Shown here piece by piece: positions 54,721 to 64,000 of a DNA stretch of 64,000 bases. Both the position numbers and the translations under genes were made by a program. The notes under the pieces were generated by a model. That model worked only from the letters and a program-made list of their open reading frames with translations. It did no database searches and was not told the DNA's origin. Each line of letters starts with the position of its first letter. Positions within the stretch are counted from its first letter, which is position 1. The stretch covers positions 87,112,001-87,176,000 of the forward strand of contig NC_087437.1 in the NCBI RefSeq assembly GCF_036321535.1, in the 5' to 3' direction. This DNA is from Camelus dromedarius. Lineage: Eukaryota.

Positions 54721-56684
54721 ACACTGAATAGTTCCCAGAGGATTACAAAGGGACATACTCGTTTCTTATGAATGTATATAGGATCCAGCTACATGTGCAG
54801 AGTAACACAGCTCATTATATTATAATTTTTGACTGCTAAAACATATTTCAGAAAGATTCCTGTTTGTACTGAATGATTGCAAGCATTATCAGAAAAAAAA
54901 ATTCAAGGTCCATGTACGTCAATAAATGCATTTCTTTCATTTTTCTCTTATGAAATAGTGTTCTCATAGACCCTATATGTGGTTCTTTCAAAAACATTTA
55001 ATGAACGTTTATTGAATAACTACTATGTGCCAAGATCTATATTGATAATGCAGTAAAAAAAGGAGACAGGAAATATCTCTGTTCTTAAAGAACACACTGT
55101 CCTCATCAATTGTTATATCCATTTTTATTTTATAAAGACATATTCACTTATTTCTTTTTCATTATTCTTTCTCGCTGGTATGGTCTCTGGTTTGGCTTAT
55201 CTTTCCCTCCCAAACATCTAGCCCTGTGCCTAAAACCAAACACTTTATAGAAATTTTCTAAAATTATACATCATGTGATGTGCCAGATGTTACACTTACA
55301 TAACTAGCAAAGCACAGAATTACGCTTTTGGGTACAGAAGGCACTGAGTTTTAAAAATCAACACTCTGGATAGTTATGTTTCAGAGTGGCCTTAACAGTG
55401 TAAATGTAAGACATACATCAAATTAATAAACATTTTGTAAAAATTTAAAAAAAGAAGAAGGCAGTAAATTTCTAGAAAATATAGGTTAATAAATTTATGA
55501 CATAGATTTTTAGAATAGATGGTGAAGATTTTTTGAAAGATGAAGAAAATGAATCTTACAGTTTGGGAAATGGTGGGGTGGCAATGAAAACACTTTCCAA
55601 AATGATGCAAAAATGTTTCAAGATCTACCAAAAAGTGACTTTCTGGCCAGAGGAATTAACTTGTAAGAAATATGATACACTAAAGCAAAATATACTATGG
55701 GGACACCATATCTAAATTCACCATTGTCAAAAGTTTTCAATTAAACCTAATATTTGAATTTAATTTTCCTGTGAAGGGAAAAAACGTCATTGTAAAGGAA
55801 AGATAGGAAAAGTATAGTTTGCATTATTGAGGTTTAATTTTGATGGTGAAATATTTCTATTCATAATGTAAAAGAAACATATTTGCAAAAATGTTACTTT
55901 TAGAACTATGATCATGAAGTATACCATTATCTGAAAATTACCTCCATAAAGAGGAGCCAAAATAGTTGAAAAATCATAAATAAAATATTTATCTATTCCA
56001 CAGAAGTTGGGAAAAACTGTTTATATTTATCTGAACTTTCTTCACTCTTTCTGTTCATATATAGCCAAATAACTTAACTGTTCATAGAAACTTCCCTTAA
56101 ATATCAGGGAGTAAGACAATGAGACTAACATGTTTCCAATTCTTGGAAAAATATTCATACAAAATTGCCCAATAAAAAGGTAATTTTAGAATTCAGTATA
56201 ACTGCTTGAAAATAATGGGGGAAAATTCCAAGCACATTGGCTTAACTTGTCTAGACTGAAAACTGTGCTAAAATGGACATTTACAGAATTATTACAAATG
56301 GCCAGCTACTTAGAAATTAATGCATAGCAGTGACAGCAGTACATTTCATACGAGTTGTGAGACTCATGTAATTTCCTGCTATGATAATGGGTCACAGCCA
56401 CAGTAATTCATAGCAATTTACGGTATACCTGCGGAGCCCTCATGGTGACAGAAATGAAATTAACTCATGTCACTGTGGAGCAGATGCTAAGCTGTACAGA
56501 TCTTCAGATAACTCAGTTTATTTTTTAACACAATAAGTGCAATGCTTGAAAGCATTTTTCTGAAGTGTAAGCTGCTTTATAGCAACAATTTTCAAGCTGC
56601 GGAGACATCTTCTGCTGTTGTTCCCTCAGTGGTGGCAACCCTGTCTCACAGGAACATTTTTAACCCTTTATCCATTGAGTATCT

Positions 56685-56925
56685 GAGGGAGCCCAGGGCC
56701 TCAGCTCTAGAGGCAGACAGACCCTCGGCTTGAAATCTAGCCCTGCTACTTAATAGGAGGTTTAATAGATTATGATTTAATTTACACAACTCTAAATGGG
56801 AAAAATCATAGTGAATTCTTTCTAGAGCTGTTGTGAACAAAAGTAGATTATCCATTTAAAATAGTTGTAACAGCGTGCGGCACCTGGGAGGCAGGAAACA
56901 ACAAGTAAATAACGTTATTATCATT
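56685..56925 (+). mobile_element. MIR SINE
   Basis: ctctagaggcagacagaccctcggcttgaaatctagccctgctacttaa...agagctgttgtgaa. Confidence 0.75.
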
Positions 56926-57569
56926 CTGCTAAAGCTAAGTTAACAAAAAATGTCATTGGAATATGTGGATTTGTTTTCCTTACAAAATAATGGGAATGTA
57001 ATTTTAATTCAAGCTTTCCCTAGTTCCTATGCTTATTTTACTAATCTAGAGATTCTTCAAATTTATTTAAGGTCTCCACAATTTCTCACAAGCATAGTTT
57101 GTTTTACTGTTTTAAAATTCAATAAATATAATTAATGACAGAAGTTAACAGAATATTGGACTGCTTCATATCTGTATTACAAATGAGCCTGCTGTCTCTT
57201 ATCTATGATATATTTGCTATTCTATGTGGAGTAAAATTTTGCCAATATTATTCCACACTTCACTAGGTATTATAGTTCTGTAACTTTATCAGACATGTGA
57301 TTTCAGTCTCTTTCACTATTATTTTTTAAATAAAAAGTATATAATTTATCTGTGTAACATATTAATAGATATTATATGTTTTAATAAGATTAAAATGCAT
57401 TATTATGATGATGCGTTTACTTCATACTGGTCAGTGTGTTAAGTTTCAGTTATGTCATGTCTAAATGGAGATGATAATAGTACCTTTCTGACAGTATTGC
57501 TCAGTTGCTTAACAGATTATGTTGATAGTTAATAAGTGCTTACATAGTTGTGACCTGCTAACTAAATAA

Positions 57570-59620
57570 AACAAATATTTATTCAGGACTTACATGTTAC
57601 AACATTGTTTCTGGTACTATCATGATAAAGCTGCAGAAGTCATGGTTTCCTGCCCTTGAAAATCTTCATTATAAGAATGGAAATATACTAGGGCAAGTGT
57701 AATGTTGGACAGTCATTCATACAGTCAGTGGAAATCCACTGTGGGCCAGGCACTCTGCTATGCCCTGGGGACCTCCTTCAGCAATAAAGCCACCAATGTT
57801 TTCCTGGAGTTTATGTTCCCCTTGAAAGAAAACAAAGAGTAAGCAAACAAACACACATGACAAGTGAGATGGTGAATATCATTATGAAGAAAAACAAATG
57901 CAAAGACAGGGTAAGGGGATATAAGACCACAGTTGGGTGATGAAATGATGTTTTACATGGAGGAACCAGGAATAAGTTCTCATTTTTGCAGCCACTTGAA
58001 TGAAGTGAGGAACCAGGCCTAAAGACTATCTGTGGATATAATATCCCAGATTAAGAGTCCAGAAAGCCCACAGGCAGGGAGATCGAGGGTGGTTTGTAAT
58101 CAGGGCATACCAAGGAGGCCACTGTGGCTGAAACGGAGTGATCCAGGAGTGAAGAGGTGAAACCTCAGATCAGAGGGGAAGTTGAGTATAAGAGCATTTA
58201 GGTCCTTGTTGGCCTCGGGAAGGAGTCTGGATTTTATGCTCAGACAAATGGGAATTCAGTAAAGGCTCTGGCCAGAGGAGTGACACATGAGTCTAATTCA
58301 TGTATTAAAAATGTTAAGGACTGCTATGTGAAAAGTAAACTGTAAAGAACAAAGATCTTAAGAAGTGAGATCATTAGGAGGTTATTCTATTGGTTCAAGT
58401 GACCGAGGATAGGAAATTATTGGTAAAAGTGGGGAGAGCAGATCAAATTCTGGAACTATCTTGGTAGTAGACCCAAAAGACGATGACAGATTGGGTGCAG
58501 GACATTAGAGAAGGGTGGAGACTGTGACATACACCATCAAAGAATGGCAGCAGCTAATGGGAGACCAGAGGAAGAGAACAGTAGCCAGAAGGTGGCATTT
58601 AGGCAAGAAACGTAAACACAAGTAGACTTCTGACTAGTGAGAATGCGTGATGATGGAGAAAGAGGAAAAATAACATATTCCAGGCAGAGGCAACAATATG
58701 GAAAAACACATAGAAACACAAAGATGCCATCTGAGCTTGGATATCACGAAGCTGCTGAAGTGTAAGAGGACACTAGTGTTTCCTTGATTAATGTGTCACG
58801 TATTTATCAAACACCCGTTATGCACTATTAGGTGCTGTAATTATAGCAGTAACAAAATGGTCTGAAATCTCTCTCCTCAGGAAGCTTACTCTAGTGGGAG
58901 GGACAGACTAAAAACATCTAGAGAAGTAAAATGTGTGTCTTCTGATATAGTGGAATGTTTTAGGGAGAAATAGTAAAGGAGGCAAGGAGAGGGGATGGTT
59001 GTGTGTGTTGGAAGGAGAGGAGATTTTCCAAAAGAATGACCCAGGAAGACCTCATCGGAAAAGTGTTGTTTAAATAAAGGCCTGAAAGGATAGCTCACAG
59101 CAGAGAAAGGCTTCACTGGGCAGGTGATATTTGACTAGAGGAGAACAGATATTTCCGGAAAGAGCATTCAAGGCAAAGGAAACAGAAGTAAAAAGCCCCG
59201 AGGAGTGTGTCTGGAGAAAAAAGCCACAAGGAAGGGACTGTATCTGGAATGTCCTGGGAAGAGGGAAGAAATGCCAGGGAAAGGGAGGGAGGGGCAGAGC
59301 TGGAGGAGATGAGGTCCAATCCTGAGATCTGAGTGGAGGACTGAGAAGCCTCAGTTTTTCATAGGGTCACTCTGGTTGCTCTGAAGAGAACAACAGACAG
59401 TCAGAGGAGTGAAAGATGACCACGTGAACAGTTTGGAGTAGAATACTTTTCTCATCACTCAAGAGAGTCAAAGATCTGATTTAGGCACATTACTCTTACA
59501 AGAGTATTCAGAAGGCTGGAGGAGGCACGGAGGGAGATGAATTAGAGATACTGTGCTTAGCCAAGGGAGGGCTGAAGGCAGCTTGTCCATTTTGCTCATT
59601 ATTGATTTCCAGTACCCAAC
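57570..59620 (-). mobile_element. Cluster of L2 fragments (several 3' ends)
   Basis: L2 termini at ~57575, ~57715 and ~58800 (atttatcaaacacccgttatgcactattaggtgctg...cctcaggaagcttactctagtggg) with purine-rich bodies. Confidence 0.65.
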
Positions 59621-59799
59621 ACATTTCCACAGAATCCATTTATTGAATGAATAAATGAATGGGTTAATATTCGAATGCGAGTAGTATTTCAGGGGTAAAA
59701 CTCAGACTCGGCAATTGATGGCTATTTGTTTAAAAAAAATGAAAACTTGATAATGGCTCTGAGGTTTTCAGTTAACATCTGGTAATCATATTGACCGTT

Positions 59800-60020
59800 T
59801 TATGAGGACATGATAGTAATGGGCTTTCCCAGCAATGCATCATTTTATCCTTGTAAAAACCCTGTGTGGCAGGTGCTGTTATCAATTAATTCTACAAAGG
59901 AGACAAACGAAGCTTAGTAAGAGATTCAGCCCTTACCCCAAATCACATAGGTGCAAATGGTAGAGCCTCAACTCAAATCCAGAACTCTTCCATTGCAAAG
60001 CCTATTCTATTTTCCACTAA
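59800..60020 (-). mobile_element. MIR SINE
   Basis: atccttgtaaaaaccctgtgtggcaggtgctgttat...cccaaatcacataggtgcaaatggtagagcc. Confidence 0.75.
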
Positions 60021-60809
60021 TCTCTCTTGGTGACTTGGAAATGAATGTCATTAGCAGAGAGAGACAGCAATGCAGGTGGGAAAAGTTATGTGAGGAAGAG
60101 GAGCAGTTTCATTTAATGTAAACCTAGTCTAATGAGTCAACGAAAAACATGGAGATGTTTTCAAAAGTTTGAAAGGTCACCCAGAAGTCAGGGGGAAAAA
60201 GGGGTCTAAGATTAGAAATTCAGGTTTTGGAGTTGCATAATTAAAGCTTTGGAAATGATTAGGGTGATTTAAATATATATATGACAAAAAGGAATTTTAG
60301 AAACTGTATTTTGAAATGCTTCTGTGTAGAGATTAGGAAGAGAATCTGGATTAGGATGAGCTGATGAAAGAAGTGTTCATATAAAAATTGCTTTCAAAGC
60401 ATTCATACTGAAATGTTCCCCAGATCAAAAAAACTTCTACAAGTTAAGTAGAGTAAATACTGCTAGAAAAAGAGCATTTACAGAGGTACGAGTAGAGCAA
60501 GAAGAAAACAAGTCAGAGAGACCAGACGGGGGAGAATTGGAAGAACTTTGTATTTAACATAAAGACTACTTTAGACTGAACAGCATTTAATCTGAAAAGA
60601 ATGTGGTGGCTAGCAAAGAGATACAAGCGACTTACAAAGTTTTTTTTGTTTTTTTTTTTTTAAGGTAGCAGAGGTTTTCCCAAAACTTTATGGACCAAAG
60701 GAGGGTAGGGCAGAGAATAAGTTAAGGCAGTAATTGTAGTTTAAAAAAAATACAGTTTTATTATCGAACAGAAAAGATTCAGTGGAATCTACAGAGAAAA
60801 GAGTCTGGC

Positions 60810-60985
60810 ATAATGCATTTTATCACACACAGGGACCCAGAGACTTTCGTTAAAGATGAAGAAATTAACGTTTGGAGAGAGAGAAAGTGTCCAATATCAC
60901 AATGCTAATAAGGGTCCAAACCTAGACTAACAAAAATCCGGGTCTCTTCTCAGCCCTGCATTAGTACCAATGTACCACCCTGTCT
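60810..60985 (-). mobile_element. MIR SINE
   Basis: taaagatgaagaaattaacgtttggagagag...gtccaatatcacaatgctaataag. Confidence 0.6.
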
Positions 60986-63039
60986 CTGCAAGACAGAAAG
61001 GGCTAGTTTTAATGTCAGTGTTGGTAGAACTGTGATCCACTAGTTATCTGTATGAAATTTTAACTGGAAATTCCGCTCAGTTATGAGCAAAGATTAATGG
61101 GTTTTAAACAAATGCAAGAATCTGCCTTGCTATATTTCACATCGCTATATTTTTAGATAAAACCTGCTGCCTTATTGAAATTTCATTTTATAAACACATT
61201 AATTTATGTCTTTCATAGTATGTTTTAACATATTCTGAAATAGCATTTTTAAAAGAAAAGCTACATTTCCGGGAGAATATTTGAGAATGGACTTGACTGT
61301 ATTTCAATCCTGACAAAGATAATTGTAAACAAATCAAAAGTGGTAAACATTCCACTATTAAAATTATCATATGACTGTAAATTTTCTACAACACGCAGTG
61401 TATTCAGTTTCACAGCTCAAAGTGAATGTGACTGTAAACAAAAACAATGAAATAAATTGGGATCTTAAATAATCACATGTTCAGGATTAGAAATAATTTC
61501 ATAGAATCACATGAAACTTTATGAATGAATAAAAATTTAAACATTTTGAGCATGAAATAATGGTTTAATATAATTTATCTAATATTTAGATAACAAGTAA
61601 TCATACTGGAATAAGCTTATAAAGCTAACTGGTGTGTATTAAGAACATTATTTTGTGTAACTAAATTTTACAAAGAAAATTGACCCAATATACAATGATT
61701 GAGAAATTTTTTCTAATGACAAATTAAACTGTGCAAAACAGGTTTATCATATTGTAACAATTGTTCCCACAGTAATGCCAAGGCCATTATTAAGTGGGAA
61801 AACAGTTATTAATGATCATGAAAGCGATTTTGAACTTAAAAATTTTTTTAAATCCAAAAATAACAGCCAACTACATAAGTTACAGGGTTCTTGTTTTTTT
61901 TGTTCAAAGTTTGAGCATTTCTTTATTTATGGTACCTCAAATGTTCCAATAGCTTGTAAATGGTCCACATACAGAGAACGTATTCAACAGAATATATTAT
62001 TTTGTGGTTTCAAACATTATCGTAATACAAATCATAACTTTGTTATCTCTATTTACTATCCAAATAAATTTTAGTTCAACTGTCTACAAGATATTTCAGA
62101 GAATATTCACAGATAAACCCAAAGTTCATGTGTAAATAATAGATGTGCCAACATACGTTTCCTAGAAAATACTTCTCTAAATTCTGCTTCTAATTTTACA
62201 CCTGATGACCAGTTTCTGCTTTCATGACTAAATGTGACTAATGCTGGCATATTTTAAGGCAGTTGTTTGCACTAGGTTAGCAGCAGGATGGCTCCTAGCA
62301 GCATTTTTCTATTATTACACGGCTCCAGAATCCTTCAGCGTCTAGAGCTACATGACACCTAAAATGGTAACGTGTCCCAGTTTGCTTTCTGTACTGTGAC
62401 CTTCCTCTAAATACGAGGCCTGAATCCATTCTGGTGAATTAAGGAGACTCATAATACTACACTGAAGCAGTACACTGGAAAGAAAATATTCTGGTGCGAT
62501 GTCCTAGTCAATTTTATACCCTAGTTAATGGAGAAGTAATTCCTAAATCTCACAACCATTTAGATTGCTATATATACCATTTAGCATTTATTTCTACTTT
62601 ATTTTACATATATATTACATATAAAATATATAAAACATGTAATATATATGTAACACATACCACTTTATATATGTTTTATAGAGAGAGATATATATAGTGG
62701 TGATTTTAAGGGTGTATTTTACCCTTATTTGTATTAATTATCATTGTTTAGTACTTTAAAATCTTAGCCTTATTGTTTTGAAGACAATTAACCTTTCATT
62801 CCAATAAAACTGGATCCAAGAGGGTCAGGGGTAGTACATCATTTTCAATATTAACAATCATCCAGTAGTCCTGTAGATATTAAATGTAAGTTAATGAATG
62901 CTGTATAGTGAAATGTGATTTCTAAAACCAAATGCCTAGGATTCTCCTCTTGGATTTGGTGTTCCTTCACCAGGCTTGCCTGGTCCCCAACAGTCATGCA
63001 CTGTTTTCTACTGAGTAGACAATTATCAAAGTTTTGATA

Positions 63040-63220
63040 TGTATAATCTAATATAATCCCCATAACTAACCCATAGGGTAAAAATTATTAATAGCCTCCT
63101 CCAATAGATAAGGACACTAAGCTACCGAATTATTAGGTTGACACCCTCTAGGAAGTAACAGAGAGAAGACTTGAATCTAGGCACTGTAGCTCACAGACAG
63201 TACTCTTAATCACACTTCTC
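63040..63220 (-). mobile_element. MIR SINE
   Basis: taatccccataactaacccatagggta...atagataaggacactaagct...gacttgaatctagg...tactcttaatcac. Confidence 0.7.
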
Positions 63221-63900
63221 TGTTGACTTAGTTTTGTTTATTTTAATTTTTTTCTGGTTTTTATTATTATCTTAAGGGGGAGGCTTGTCACTCTTTCATT
63301 TACATACAATTCAAAATTCTTCTTTTCCCTGCTCTGCTCTTCCCAGTGCCTACACAGTGAGCTACTCTTGGATCTTTAAGTCCTAATTCATATGGCGCCA
63401 TGTCTGTCAAGATTTTTTTCCCTCCTTGCTAAGCCGGAGTGCCGTACTCCTCAGCTGTACATTTTGCATCACTTTCTAAATAATTCTATTATTGTATATA
63501 TTACCTCCTCCTGCACTGATTCCTTAAACATTTTTCTCCAAAGAGGTTACATTTTCCCTGAAGGTAAATTTATGTGATCTTTAAGAGTACACATTCTTTG
63601 TGAAGCTGCAGAATCCAGCAGAGTGCTTGAAAATTTATATACTTGCAGGGGAAGATCAGATAAAAGTGCAGAGCTGGTTTGGCACAATGGGGTCTCAAGG
63701 AAACTGTGGCAAGCTAGACAGTATGTTAATGGTCTGAAGAAATTCCATTTTAATTTTTTGTAAACGCTGTTGTCTCATCTGACACAATATCTAATGGGGG
63801 TCATACAGTAACTATTTGCTCAACCAAGGAAGGAGAAACATTATATTCTAATTTTTCCCATTAAAAAGCCCAAAATAAACACCATAGGCATTTAACTATG

Positions 63901-64000
63901 TGTTATGGATTGAACTGGGTCTCTTCCTAAATTTGTAAGTTGACGTTCTAACCCCCAGTACCTCAGGATGTAACCGTATTTGGAGATAAAGTCTTTAAAG
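63901..64000 (+). mobile_element. 5' end of MLT1 (MLT1B/C-like) LTR, runs off the window
   Basis: tgttatggattgaactg...gttgacgttctaacccccagtacctcaggatgtaaccgtatttggagataaagtcttt. Confidence 0.85.

Overview
AT-rich, CpG-poor mammalian genomic DNA from inside the EPHA3 (ephrin type-A receptor 3) gene, which is transcribed on the minus strand. There is one protein-coding exon: the 661-nt exon 3 (41191->40531), encoding most of the ligand-binding domain and the start of the Cys-rich region. Everything to its left is intron 3 and everything to its right is intron 2. The rest is repeat-rich intron: a full-length (~6.56 kb), TSD-flanked but inactivated L1 antisense to the gene, two short L1 3'-end insertions with TSDs, an old 5'-inverted L1, a probable ERV1 solo LTR, MLT1 LTRs, hAT fossils (MER20, MER5, Charlie-like), many MIR/L2 relics and microsatellites. 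The L1 3' UTR style and the apparent absence of Alu, B1/B2, Bov-A/tA, PRE-1, CHR-2 and Can-SINE suggest a cetartiodactyl, most likely a camelid (inference). I see no convincing new biological system. The best leads are a well-formed cryptic poison exon and a possible antisense promoter in the L1, an in-frame alternative donor after exon 3, a strong CTCF motif next to a hairpin, and several motif-dense unique intronic blocks. Repeat family names come from recall of consensus sequences, and boundaries of old repeats are approximate.
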